Assembly: GCA_049320885.1 (NCBI GenBank)
Contig: JBMORA010000022.1
Coordinates: 73,403-137,402 of the forward strand
Source: Thermodesulfobacteriota bacterium
GTDB taxonomy: Bacteria > Desulfobacterota > Desulfobacteria > Desulfobacterales > SURF-7
DNA length: 64,000 nt
Direction of reading: 5' to 3'
Every line of letters starts with the position of its first letter. The first letter of the stretch is position 1. The position numbers and the translations under genes were made by a program. The notes under the pieces were generated by a model, which saw only the letters and a program-made list of their open reading frames with translations, had not been told where the DNA came from and did no database searches. Shown in pieces: positions 30,765 to 42,416 of the stretch.

Positions 30765-32264
30765 ATGAAGAAACAGATCAACGCTACGACATTATACAAT
30801 TATGTTCAATGCCCCCGCCGGGTTCAGCTTGATTTTTTCGGAGATCCTTCCAAAAAGGATCGCGTCAGCGCATTCGTCGAGCTTTTGTGGGAGCGGGGCA
30901 ATGCCTTCGAGCGCGAAACAATGGAAAGGTTGGACGAACCGTTTGCCGACCTTCGCTCCCTTGAACCGCGGGAAAAAGAGCAGCAAACGCTGCGGCTTAT
31001 GCGCTTGGGCGAAAAAATCATTTATGGCGGCAGAATTCGGACCGACACGCTTATCGGGGAACCAGACCTCCTGGTTCAAAAAGGCAGCGGCTATGTGGCG
31101 GGTGACATAAAGAGCGGCGCGGGTATCGAGGGAATGGATGATGCGTCTGATGGCAAACTGAAGCGGCATTACGCCGTCCAGCTTGCCTTGTATACGGATG
31201 TCCTCGGCCAAGTGGGGTTTTTGTCACGAGACCGTTTTTCGTTCATATGGGATGTCCACGGCCAAGAGGTCGATTATGATCTGGATACCACGATTTCCAA
31301 AAGGGACGACCGCAGCCTGTGGGATCTCTATCAAGAATGCCTCGATGCCGTTATTGGCATTAAAAATCGAAAGCAAGAGCCCCTCGCGGCCCTGTGCGCC
31401 GTCTGCAAGCTCTGCCACTGGCGGTCGCATTGCCGCGCTCAGTTAAAGCAATATGATGACCTGACCTTGATACCCGAATTGGGCCGGGCCAAAAGGGACG
31501 TCATGTATCCCTATTTAAAAACCGTTCATGATTTGGCCCAGTCCGATTTGACCGGCATCGCTCAAGGCAAAAAGACAATCTTTCCCCGGATCAGCGCCAA
31601 CACCATCAGACGGTTTCAGGAGCGGGCCAGGTTGCTGACAACGCCCGATGCCAAGCCCTACCTCAAGGAAGCAATCGAATTTCCGGATGCCGACATCGAG
31701 CTTTTTTATGACGTGGAAACCGATCCCATGCGGGACTGCTGCTATCTGCACGGATTTCTTGAACGGAAAAAATCAAACCCGAACCGCGAAACCTACCACG
31801 CCTTCGTTGCCGACCAGCCCAACCTCGAACAGGAGCGCGACGCCTTCGCGCGAGCCATGGATTTTATAAAAAAGCGACGCCCGTTCGCGCTCTATTATTA
31901 CTCCCACTACGAAAGGACTACCTTGCGAAGGCTCCGGGAGCGGTTTCCCGACATCGCTTCGGAAGCCGAGATCGAAGCGTTGTTTTCTTCGGAGTGGGCC
32001 ATCGATCTTTATTCGGATATTGTGCGAAAGAGCACCGAGTGGCCCACCAACGATTTTTCAATCAAAACCCTGGCGACCTATCTCGGCTTCAAATGGCGGG
32101 ACAAGGAGCCCTCTGGAGCCGCGTCAATAGAATGGTATCACCGCTGGGTGGAAACCGGGGACACGGACCTTCGCCAGAGAATCCTGGATTACAACGAGGA
32201 TGACTGCATCGCCATGCGGGTTCTGCTTGACGGAATACATCAACTTTCTAAAGAGAAGCGCTAA
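30765..32264 (+). CDS. TM0106-family RecB-like nuclease with C-terminal RNase H-like domain
   Basis: Motifs CPRR, GEPDLL, GDIKS, QLALY and CKLCHWRSHC; exonuclease motifs FYDVET, SIKTLATYLGFKW and YNEDDC. Confidence 0.85.
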   Translation: MKKQINATTLYNYVQCPRRVQLDFFGDPSKKDRVSAFVELLWERGNAFERETMERLDEPFADLRSLEPREKEQQTLRLMRLGEKIIYGGRIRTDTLIGEPDLLVQKGSGYVAGDIKSGAGIEGMDDASDGKLKRHYAVQLALYTDVLGQVGFLSRDRFSFIWDVHGQEVDYDLDTTISKRDDRSLWDLYQECLDAVIGIKNRKQEPLAALCAVCKLCHWRSHCRAQLKQYDDLTLIPELGRAKRDVMYPYLKTVHDLAQSDLTGIAQGKKTIFPRISANTIRRFQERARLLTTPDAKPYLKEAIEFPDADIELFYDVETDPMRDCCYLHGFLERKKSNPNRETYHAFVADQPNLEQERDAFARAMDFIKKRRPFALYYYSHYERTTLRRLRERFPDIASEAEIEALFSSEWAIDLYSDIVRKSTEWPTNDFSIKTLATYLGFKWRDKEPSGAASIEWYHRWVETGDTDLRQRILDYNEDDCIAMRVLLDGIHQLSKEKR

Positions 32265-32317
32265 AGTGAGGAGCTTTTATACTCAACTGGGTATGCCCAA
32301 AAATTGGGTCAACAATG

Positions 32318-32731
32318 CTAATCTTTCCATTTACCGGTGTAAAAATCCAGCCATTCTTTAAAATCAAAATATTTTCCTGTAGTTATATCAAAACAGGTTG
32401 ATAAGGCCTTAATGTTGCCATTGTTTATCTCTCTGTTTGCTCTGTCATCAAGATACTTTTTCAAATATTCTTTTTTAAAACCATATTTTTGAGCCAAATG
32501 TTTGACGCCAGGCGCATTCCTGTTTATCGCCGCCATTCGCCATATGGCCTCTAATTGTAGCTCTCGTATCTTATCAACGGACAATCCAAGTAGAGCCGCT
32601 TTTTGGGCGGCTCTGACAAAGTTTTGGCGGCCTATCTCAAACTGCAAATCATTGTCGTGCAATTCATCATTCATCTTGAACCGAACCCATATACTCGCCA
32701 GCAAAGCTATATGAATGCATGATTTTTCCAT
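32318..32731 (-). CDS. Hypothetical protein in an AT-rich segment (start uncertain)
   Basis: 137-aa ORF with no recognised motif. Confidence 0.45.
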   Translation of the reverse strand: MEKSCIHIALLASIWVRFKMNDELHDNDLQFEIGRQNFVRAAQKAALLGLSVDKIRELQLEAIWRMAAINRNAPGVKHLAQKYGFKKEYLKKYLDDRANREINNGNIKALSTCFDITTGKYFDFKEWLDFYTGKWKD

Positions 32732-33045
32732 CTAATACGCTTCTCTTTTATGCGGATTTTCGCATTAGAGAGCATATTGTAGTTTCCTATCAATCGTAGA
32801 ATATGTTTTTTTGCTTTGGGTGGATCACTGACCCTAAAGAATAGGTATATTTTTTGCTTTTTTACGCGTCCACCAATCCATTTTCCAACTCTTGGGCCAG
32901 ACAAAGATGAATTTATATTCACCCCTAACTCTTGGCGAAGGCTTTCATAGTTCGCGCATGAACCCAGGTTAACGCCTTTTAAATCTATTTTGAGTATGAT
33001 GATTCTAAAGAGTTCAATTAATTCCATTCTAATTGCCCTCCACAA
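32707..33045 (-). CDS. Hypothetical protein, AT-rich, possibly a fragment
   Basis: 112-aa basic ORF with no recognised motif. Confidence 0.3.
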   Translation of the reverse strand: MWRAIRMELIELFRIIILKIDLKGVNLGSCANYESLRQELGVNINSSLSGPRVGKWIGGRVKKQKIYLFFRVSDPPKAKKHILRLIGNYNMLSNAKIRIKEKRIRWKNHAFI

Positions 33046-33304
33046 CTAAGAACATCAATTGTTTGATCAGACTCAAAAGTTCATTTCGCTTTCCTATGAC
33101 GCAATTTTTACCATATAGTGTGGGGGCTGGCGATTCGAGTAACCGTAGTATGAACAAACCCTTTGCTGTTTCGAGACAGTCAAAATAACCGCACAAATAC
33201 GATAATAAGCTTGGTCACTCCGATAATTTTCTACAAAACCGTCACAAGGCATCTATAGTTTCCAAACTTACCTGTCATCACCCCGATCTCCACTCATTGG
33301 TGCT

Positions 33305-33514
33305 TTAATCGCTATCAATTAGGCTCTCGATGTCTCGATCAACATCCGCGATATTGCTTATATTTGGATAGTCATCAATCGAGTCCATTCTGGAACTGTA
33401 GGACTCCACTTCTCCAATAGTCCATCCGCAATAATTGCAATTCCAGGAGTTTTTTGGCAGCAAATGGCCGCACTCCGGGCACCAATCCGCGTTCCTTTGA
33501 ATTCTTCTTCCCAT
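33305..33514 (-). CDS. Small zinc-ribbon protein with acidic tail
   Basis: CPECGHLLPKNSWNCNYCG (two CxxC); AGGTG RBS. Confidence 0.6.
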   Translation of the reverse strand: MGRRIQRNADWCPECGHLLPKNSWNCNYCGWTIGEVESYSSRMDSIDDYPNISNIADVDRDIESLIDSD

Positions 33515-33581
33515 TTTCTCACCTTTGTTTATTTAGGGCGGGCTGAGGGACCCGCCCCTTAATCTCCCTGAGGTTTTCAGA

Positions 33582-35532
<1,951 letters not shown>

Positions 35533-35597
35533 TCCTCCAATTGCGATTTGAGTTGAGTGTGTTGATATTTAAAAACAATCACTTGCAAATCATTCAA

Positions 35598-35624
35598 GAA
35601 GGCCGCTTCGGTTCAGCGGCCTTC
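35598..35624. terminator. Hairpin between hsp20 and groES
   Basis: GAAGGCCGCT-N7-AGCGGCCTTC (10-bp perfect stem, weak U tract). Confidence 0.55.
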
Positions 35625-35640
35625 CGAACGTACGGCACCA

Positions 35641-36060
35641 TCATCCGGCGGCAACGGGAATTTTCCGCGGGATGGCGCTTTGGACCTTGGGCAGCGTCAG
35701 CCGCAGCACGCCGTCGCTCAACCGGGCGTCGATACGGTCCTGGTCGATGGCCTCGGATATGCTGAACTGCCGGTAAAAACGGCCCACTTCATACTCGATA
35801 AGGATATCCTTTTCGTCAGGGCCCTCCCACGGCGCGACATCGCCGGTCAGGGTCAACACGCCGTTTTCCAGATCCACTTTCAGATCCCGGCTTTGAACGC
35901 CGGGCATGTCCGCCAGCAGCGTGATCTCACGGTCCGACTCCAGGATGTCCACATCCGGCGTGAAGACCAGACCATCCTTTGTCTGCTCCGCCTTTGAGAC
36001 GACTTCCTGTTTGCCTTTCGGCACCAACGCCTTGGTATCGTTCTCGGTCATGGCATTCAC
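35641..36060 (-). CDS. Hsp20/alpha-crystallin small heat-shock protein
   Basis: PDVDILE, ADMPGV, FYRQFSI, LSDGVLRLTLPK. Confidence 0.93.
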   Translation of the reverse strand: MNAMTENDTKALVPKGKQEVVSKAEQTKDGLVFTPDVDILESDREITLLADMPGVQSRDLKVDLENGVLTLTGDVAPWEGPDEKDILIEYEVGRFYRQFSISEAIDQDRIDARLSDGVLRLTLPKVQSAIPRKIPVAAG

Positions 36061-36070
36061 CCCCTTTCCA

Positions 36071-36550
36071 TTATGATTGAGAAGACATTACTGAAATTTG
36101 TTTTGCTTTGGACGCTTCGGTTTTGGGAAGCCGCAGGGTCAGTACGCCGTGTTCCAGTTTGGCATCAACCCCGTCCGGATCGATCTCCCCGGATAGCGCC
36201 ACGGCCCTTGAAAACCTGCCGCCTTCACGCTCCCGCCGGTGGTAGCTGACGTTTTCCTCCTCCTGGGGAATATGACGCTCTCCGGCAATGGAGACGCTAT
36301 TGGCTGTGGCTTGGATGTCCAGATCCTCGGCCTTTACGCCGGGAATCTCCGCTCGCAAAATATAGCTTTCACGATCCTCGGTCAGGTTGACCAACGGGAA
36401 CACGCCCATGGTCCTTCCGGCTTTCCAGTTGGACGGCATCCATTCATCGAACAAACGATCCATCCTCCGCCGCAGTCGTTCAATTTCGGCAAAGGGCTTT
36501 GTGACATCAAAGTCCCATGCCGGGTTGTCAAAAAATCTTCTTGTCAGCAT
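36071..36550 (-). CDS. Hsp20/alpha-crystallin small heat-shock protein
   Basis: FPLVNLTE, AEIPGV, YHRRER, LEHGVLTLRLPK; AGGAGG RBS before ATG 36550. Confidence 0.93.
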   Translation of the reverse strand: MLTRRFFDNPAWDFDVTKPFAEIERLRRRMDRLFDEWMPSNWKAGRTMGVFPLVNLTEDRESYILRAEIPGVKAEDLDIQATANSVSIAGERHIPQEEENVSYHRREREGGRFSRAVALSGEIDPDGVDAKLEHGVLTLRLPKTEASKAKQISVMSSQS

Positions 36551-36619
36551 GGCACTCACCTCCTGATAAACATTGATGGTTTACACAGAAAAAAGCTGTC
36601 GAACGCATGCGTCCGGGAA

Positions 36620-37738
36620 TCAGGGGGGACTCCTGATTCCGGAAACCGTCATCGCTTCCGGTTGCGCGATCATGGATTCGACAATATGTTTGACATCTTC
36701 CAAGCGGTCCTTGTGGGCGACCAGGGTTTTTTCACCCGCGCGGACCACCACCACGTCGCTGACACCCACCATGGCCAAGGTTTCCTGGGGATGGTCGCAA
36801 AAGACCAAATTGCCCTGGGCGTCCAGCGCGTGGACCCTGCCTTTGATAAAATTGCCGTTGGCGTCGTGAGCCAGAAAATCCTGGATTGCCAACCATCCGC
36901 CCACATCCTTCCATGAGAATTCTCCGGCCACGCAACGCACATCCCGGGCTTTTTCCATCACCGCATAGTCAATGGAAATCCGATTTAGAACCGCAAACTT
37001 CTCTTGCAACTCATCTTCCCATTGGTCTGTGTCCATCTTCTCCACGGCCTTGGTCAAATGCTCCACATGCTTTGGAAGGTGGAGGGCCAGCTCACCGAAA
37101 ATAGCGTTCACGGTCCACACGAACATGCCCGAGTTCCACAGATACCGCCCGGACCCCAGATATTGTCCGGCGACTTCGGCGTTCGGCTTTTCCTTGAAGG
37201 AGACGACATGAAAATGCTCCACGTCTTGATCTATGGCGGTTTTTTCGCCGACCTCCAGGTAGCCGTAGCCGGTGGCCGGATGTGTCGGTTTGATCCCGAA
37301 GGTGTAAAGTGCGCCGGTCCTACGGGCCTCTTTCACTGCCGAAACCAGGGTCTGCTGAAATTTTTCAACCGGTTCGATTAAATGATCGGCCGTCAAGATG
37401 ACGATCACCGGGTTACCGAAGCGTTTCATGGCGACCAGCGCACCGAGACACACCGCTGCGGCGGTGTCCTTGCGCTCGGGCTCACCGATGATATTCCGGT
37501 CCGGGATGTTGGGAAGTTGCTCGCGAACCAGCGGCGTGAACTGCCGGTTGGTCAGTACAATCACGCGTTCATCCGGCACGATGCCAGCCACTCGGTCATA
37601 GCTTTTTTGCAACAGGCTGCGGTCATCAAAAAGTTGGATGAACTGCTTGGGCCGTTCATGGGTACTGAGCGGCCAAAACCGCGTGCCCACGCCGCCGGCC
37701 ATGATAATGGCAACCAGGTTCTTATCGATGCTTTCCAT
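36620..37738 (-). CDS. manC: Mannose-1-phosphate guanylyltransferase (GMP domain only, no cupin)
   Basis: IMAGGVGTRFWPLS, PKQF, EPERKDTA, TGYGY, FKEKP, WNSGMF, SIDYAVMEK, WKDVGGW. Confidence 0.92.
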   Translation of the reverse strand: MESIDKNLVAIIMAGGVGTRFWPLSTHERPKQFIQLFDDRSLLQKSYDRVAGIVPDERVIVLTNRQFTPLVREQLPNIPDRNIIGEPERKDTAAAVCLGALVAMKRFGNPVIVILTADHLIEPVEKFQQTLVSAVKEARRTGALYTFGIKPTHPATGYGYLEVGEKTAIDQDVEHFHVVSFKEKPNAEVAGQYLGSGRYLWNSGMFVWTVNAIFGELALHLPKHVEHLTKAVEKMDTDQWEDELQEKFAVLNRISIDYAVMEKARDVRCVAGEFSWKDVGGWLAIQDFLAHDANGNFIKGRVHALDAQGNLVFCDHPQETLAMVGVSDVVVVRAGEKTLVAHKDRLEDVKHIVESMIAQPEAMTVSGIRSPP

Positions 37739-37752
37739 TTCACCACCTCATC

Positions 37753-38700
37753 TCATTCAAGCGCGGGACGGGGATTTGAGAGACACAAATCCACCAAATC
37801 GGCAATCATTGCCGTGCCGACGCACATCACCGTGTCCGCGCCGCCCCAGTAGATCTTCACCGTGCCGTCGTCCTCGGCCACCGCGCCGCAGCAGAACACC
37901 ACATTGTGCACGTACCCGCTGATCTCCCACAGGTCCTCGGGTTGAAGTATCCAATCGTCGGCCACGCCCAAGACCCTTGACGGATCGGCAAGGTCATGCA
38001 GGGCCACGCCGAGCCGGTAGACGGCACCGTCCATGGTTTTGAACACGCCGTGGAAGATGTTCAGCCATCCTTTCTCGGTTTTGATGGGCGTGGCCCCCGG
38101 TCCGACCTTCATTTCATCCCAATGGTAGGCCATGGGCTTGATGACGACCTTGGCATCCCCCCAATGCACCAGGTCCGGCGAATAGGAAATCCAGATGGAC
38201 CATGGTGAGATTTCCGAGTGGGGCCGGTCCAGCCGGGCATAGCGGCCGCCTATTTTTTCAGGGAAAATGACCACGTTGCGATAATCCGCCTGGGTGATCA
38301 GGGAGATCCTTTCCAGGCGCTCAAAATCCATGGTTCTGGCCAGGGCAACACGCACGCCGTGCCAAGAATAGGCCGAGTAGGTGATCAGGTAGCCGTCCTC
38401 CATGGGACAGATGCGCGGATCTTCCACGCCAAAGGCCTCGTAGTCGGCGAATGGCTCGGCCTTGGCCGGGGTGATGAACGGCTCGGGCCTGACCGCGAAC
38501 CGCACGCCGTCACTGCTTTCCGCCAGACCGATGATCGACCGGCCATTTCTCAGGTGGGACCTGAACAGCATGACATATTTTCCATCGTGCTTGACCACGC
38601 CGGCATTGTGCACCGTTTCCACCGGGTACGGCACATCATGCTTGGTCAGTACGGGATTTTTCTCGTAACGCCGAATGATCGGTTCCTTAGACTCTGCCAT
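37753..38700 (-). CDS. GH130-family beta-mannoside phosphorylase/hydrolase
   Basis: RYEKNPVL, HNAGVV, GVEDPRI, RNVVIFPEKIGG, YRLGVAL, NVVFCCG, YWGGADT. Confidence 0.9.
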   Translation of the reverse strand: MAESKEPIIRRYEKNPVLTKHDVPYPVETVHNAGVVKHDGKYVMLFRSHLRNGRSIIGLAESSDGVRFAVRPEPFITPAKAEPFADYEAFGVEDPRICPMEDGYLITYSAYSWHGVRVALARTMDFERLERISLITQADYRNVVIFPEKIGGRYARLDRPHSEISPWSIWISYSPDLVHWGDAKVVIKPMAYHWDEMKVGPGATPIKTEKGWLNIFHGVFKTMDGAVYRLGVALHDLADPSRVLGVADDWILQPEDLWEISGYVHNVVFCCGAVAEDDGTVKIYWGGADTVMCVGTAMIADLVDLCLSNPRPALE

Positions 38701-40039
38701 AATCATCCTCTGATCTTTCAATATCATCCTCCCCGAAATAGTCGCCGGTCTGTACCTCGATGAACACCAGGTTGTCCGGTCCGGGATTGCGGATGCGGTG
38801 CCAGGTCCCCACCGGCAGATCGATGGCCTGGCCGGACACCCGCTCAATATCTTCGCTGTTTTGGGTCACCACCGCGGTGCCGCCAAGCACGTACCAGTGC
38901 TCGGAGCGTCTGAAATGGCGCTGGCAGCTCAGACGCTGCCCGGGATAGACGGTGATCCGCTTGACCTTGTGATCCGGCTTGTCCGCCAAAACCTCGTAAA
39001 AACCCCAGGGCCGGTGGTCCTCGCGCCGGGTCCGGTTGATGACGGTTTCATACACCCGGAAATAATCCGCCACCATGCGCTCCACGGAAAAGCGCGTCTC
39101 GACCCATCGACGGCACTTATGGCGGTCAAGGTCCCTGACATTGTTCAAGGACTGAACCATCCCGTCGATATCGGCGGTCAAAAAACCGGTCTCCCCGTGG
39201 GCGATGATTTCCGACATGCTTCCCCTGGAAAAGGCCACCACCGGTGTTCCGCAGGCCATGGATTCCACCACGGAAAGGCCGAACGGCTCGTCGAAACCGA
39301 TGGGGTGCAGCAGGGCGTATGCGCCGCCCAGCAGTTCGTCGCGTTTTTCAGGTCCGGCGCTGCCCACATAGATGATGTGGTCGTCATCCAAGTAGGGCCT
39401 GACCTTTGTGTCGAAATAAGCCTGGTCCTGGATGATGCCCGCCATGATGAGCTTCATGCCGGTTCGGCGAGCCACCTCGATGCACTCGGCGGCGCCTTTC
39501 TCCGGATGGATGCGGCCGAAAAAGAGCAGATATGCTCCATGATCGGGCCTGAAGGTGAACCGGCCAAGGTCGATGCCGTGATGGATGACGGCGGCATAGT
39601 CCAGCTCCGGCGACTTGTCCGCTTCGCTGATAGCCACATAGAAGCATTTGCCGTTGTACTTCTTGTACACCGGCAGGATCTTGGGCGACGAGAAGCCATG
39701 GATGGTGGTCACCACCGGCGTCGCGGTCATGCCGGAATAGGTCAGCGGCAGATAGTCGAAGTGGTTGTGAATCAGGTCAAAGGCGTCGCCCTGCTCGAAC
39801 ACCTCGGAAATATGCAGACACTCCCACACCTTGGGCAGCATTTCGGCGTCTTCCTCGTACCCCTTGGTACAGACGCTTTTCAGCCAGCCACGGGTTTGCG
39901 ACTCGCCGGTGGCAAACAGGGTCACATCGACCCCGCGCGCCACCAGGCCCTCGGTCAGCAGGGAGACCACGTTTTCCCAGGGACCATAGTGCCTCGGCGG
40001 CGTGCGCCAAGCGATGGGCGACAGCATGGCGATCTTCAT
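38687..40039 (-). CDS. GT4 glycosyltransferase fused to a C-terminal type II mannose-6-phosphate-isomerase-like cupin
   Basis: GT4 part: MKIAMLSP..PPRHYG, GRIHPEKG, EPFGLSVVESMACGTPV. Cupin part: RPWG..VKRITVYPGQRLSCQRH..RSEHW..IEVQTGDYFGEDDI. Confidence 0.9.
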   Translation of the reverse strand: MKIAMLSPIAWRTPPRHYGPWENVVSLLTEGLVARGVDVTLFATGESQTRGWLKSVCTKGYEEDAEMLPKVWECLHISEVFEQGDAFDLIHNHFDYLPLTYSGMTATPVVTTIHGFSSPKILPVYKKYNGKCFYVAISEADKSPELDYAAVIHHGIDLGRFTFRPDHGAYLLFFGRIHPEKGAAECIEVARRTGMKLIMAGIIQDQAYFDTKVRPYLDDDHIIYVGSAGPEKRDELLGGAYALLHPIGFDEPFGLSVVESMACGTPVVAFSRGSMSEIIAHGETGFLTADIDGMVQSLNNVRDLDRHKCRRWVETRFSVERMVADYFRVYETVINRTRREDHRPWGFYEVLADKPDHKVKRITVYPGQRLSCQRHFRRSEHWYVLGGTAVVTQNSEDIERVSGQAIDLPVGTWHRIRNPGPDNLVFIEVQTGDYFGEDDIERSEDDYGRV

Positions 40040-40041
40040 GA

Positions 40042-41034
40042 CTACCCCCACATGCGCCGATCCTGCTGGTTGTGCTTCTCGAGCCAATCCAGCAACTCCG
40101 ACACCCGCGCCGTGGCCAGGGCGATGCATTTGTCCGCCCCGCCGTAATACATCCGGACATCGTCTCCATCGACCAACCAACCGCAGGGGAACACCACCTT
40201 GTCCACGTCGCCGACGGTCTCATAAACTTCTTCCGGCGCGAACACCCATTCGTCCGCCCTGGCCAACAGCCGGGTCGGGTCCTGCAAGTCCAACAGCGCC
40301 AGTCCCAATCGATAAATGCACCCGGAGGCCGTGTTGCGGACGCCATGGTAAAGGATCAGCCAACCCTTTTCGGTCCGTAGCGGCGGCGGCGAAAGACCGA
40401 CCTTGTTGGCGTCCCACCAGCCGCCCTTGCGGGCCGGCAGCAATATTTGATGGTCGCCCCAATGCTTCATGTCCGGGCTGAAGGAGATCCAAATATGCGC
40501 CCCGACACCGGCGAATCCCGGAACCGGCCGGTGAAGCATGGCCCAGCGCCCGTTGAACCGCGCCGGGAACAGGGCCGCGTCCTTGTCTTCGGGCGGCATG
40601 ACGACGCCCTTGCGCTCGAACGTCTTGAAATCCTTCGTCGTGGCCAGGGAAACCAGCGGACCGCCCCGGGAATAAGCCGTGTACACCACGGCCCATAGGT
40701 CCAACTCGTCGACGCGGGTGATCCTGGGGTCCTCGATGCCCCAGATCTCTTCGGGGTGATTTTCCGGATCGGCCGAAAAGGTGGGCCGGGCATCAATCCG
40801 CCAGTCGGTCACGCCGTCCCGGCTGCGCGCCGCGGTGAGGTGCGACAGCCCGCGGCGGTCCTCCACGCGCATGAGCAGCAGGGTTTCTTCGCCGCATCGC
40901 GTGGCCGCCGCGTTGAACACCGCGTTGGCCTGGTAGGGAAGGTCCCTTGCCTGGATGATGGGGTTGGCGCTGTGCCTGGCAAAAAGCTCCTTGAATCTGG
41001 CATCGCTCATTTTCGATTCCTTACTTGTTTCCAT
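40042..41034 (-). CDS. GH130-family beta-mannoside phosphorylase/hydrolase
   Basis: ANPII, AVFNAAA, GIEDPRI, DKDAALFP, ILYHGV, YRLGLALLD, VVFPCG, YYGGAD. Confidence 0.9.
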   Translation of the reverse strand: METSKESKMSDARFKELFARHSANPIIQARDLPYQANAVFNAAATRCGEETLLLMRVEDRRGLSHLTAARSRDGVTDWRIDARPTFSADPENHPEEIWGIEDPRITRVDELDLWAVVYTAYSRGGPLVSLATTKDFKTFERKGVVMPPEDKDAALFPARFNGRWAMLHRPVPGFAGVGAHIWISFSPDMKHWGDHQILLPARKGGWWDANKVGLSPPPLRTEKGWLILYHGVRNTASGCIYRLGLALLDLQDPTRLLARADEWVFAPEEVYETVGDVDKVVFPCGWLVDGDDVRMYYGGADKCIALATARVSELLDWLEKHNQQDRRMWG

Positions 41035-41039
41035 GGTCT

Positions 41040-42395
41040 CTATTCCAAATCGGCTTTCGCCGCATCGATCACCGCCTCTACAAGCTCTCTGATTTCCCGC
41101 AGTCGCGACTCCGACTCGGCCTCAAATCGAAGCACGATGACGGGACTTGTGTTGGACGCCCGGACAAGCCCCCACCCGTCTTCGAAAACCACTCGCACAC
41201 CATCGATATCGATTGTCCGATAGTTGGTGGAAAGCGCCTGTTTTACCTTCGCCACGAGTTCAAACTTTTTATCATCCGGGCAATCAACGCGGATCTCGGG
41301 GGTATTGTAGGTTTTGGGCAGATCTGAAAGATAAGCGGACAGGGGTTTGTTGTCCTTCGACAAAATCTCCATGAGACGGCAAGCCGCGTAGATGGCGTCG
41401 TCGAATCCGAAATACCGGTGTTTAAAAAAGAAGTGCCCGCTCATCTCCCCGGCAAGAAGCGCATTTTCATCTTTTAACTTCTTCTTGATGAGAGAATGCC
41501 CCGTCTTCCACATAATGGGCACGCCGCCTTTGCGTTCGATCTCGTCGTACATGACTTGGGAGCATTTCACCTCACCGATGAACTTTCCTCCGGGGTTGTC
41601 TTTAAGGATCTCACGGGCGAAAAGGACCATCAGCATGTCGCCATAAAGGATTCGCCCATTCTCATCCACCACGCCAAGCCGATCGGCATCGCCGTCAAAA
41701 GCGACACCCAGTTCGAGCCCCTGGTCCACCACGGTTTTAGACAACAATTCCAAATTCCGTGGCACTGTCGGATCGGGCTCGTGATTGGGAAAGGTTCCAT
41801 CGGGGTCCATAAACAGTTCGGAAAGCTCGCAATTCAACCGTTTAAAAACGGGTCCGGCCGCCAAACCGCCGGTTCCGTTGCCGGCGTCCACGGCCACCCG
41901 CATGGGACGCGCCAATCGAATGTTGTCGGCCAGGTAGTCGCAATAAACGGGCAATATACTGAATTCGTCCAGCGATCCTTGGCCTGAGGCATATTCTCCG
42001 GATTCGACGATCTTTTTAAGGTTCTGAATTTCGCCTCCGAAGAGGGTGTCGGCTCCTAAACAGATCTTGAATCCGTTATATTCCGGCGGATTGTGGCTCG
42101 CGGTGATCATGACGCCGCCGTCCACCCCCAGATGCCGCGTGGCAAAATAGAGAAGCGGCGTGGGACACAGTCCCACATCGATCACATCCACGCTTCCCTT
42201 GGTTATGCCCTCGATCAGGGCATCCCTGATCGCCTGTGAACTCATTCGACAATCACGGCCCACCACACAGCGTCTACCGCCGCGTTCCGCTACATAAGTT
42301 GCATAGCCACGGCCGATTCTTTCCGCGTCATCCACATTGAAATCCTTGTCCACTACACCGCGAATGTCATATTCTCTGAAAATCAAAGGATTCAT
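41040..42395 (-). CDS. Phosphomannomutase/phosphoglucomutase (AlgC type)
   Basis: IFREYDIRG, TASHNP (phosphoserine), FDGDADR, GEMSGH, GLVRASNT. Confidence 0.95.
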   Translation of the reverse strand: MNPLIFREYDIRGVVDKDFNVDDAERIGRGYATYVAERGGRRCVVGRDCRMSSQAIRDALIEGITKGSVDVIDVGLCPTPLLYFATRHLGVDGGVMITASHNPPEYNGFKICLGADTLFGGEIQNLKKIVESGEYASGQGSLDEFSILPVYCDYLADNIRLARPMRVAVDAGNGTGGLAAGPVFKRLNCELSELFMDPDGTFPNHEPDPTVPRNLELLSKTVVDQGLELGVAFDGDADRLGVVDENGRILYGDMLMVLFAREILKDNPGGKFIGEVKCSQVMYDEIERKGGVPIMWKTGHSLIKKKLKDENALLAGEMSGHFFFKHRYFGFDDAIYAACRLMEILSKDNKPLSAYLSDLPKTYNTPEIRVDCPDDKKFELVAKVKQALSTNYRTIDIDGVRVVFEDGWGLVRASNTSPVIVLRFEAESESRLREIRELVEAVIDAAKADLE

Positions 42396-42416
42396 GCTTT
42401 CTTCCTTTACTCCGGT

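Noticed and set aside
35533..35600. CIRCE operator upstream of groES
   Set aside because: Only a CACTC fragment is present; there is no TTAGCACTC-N9-GAGTGCTAA inverted repeat.
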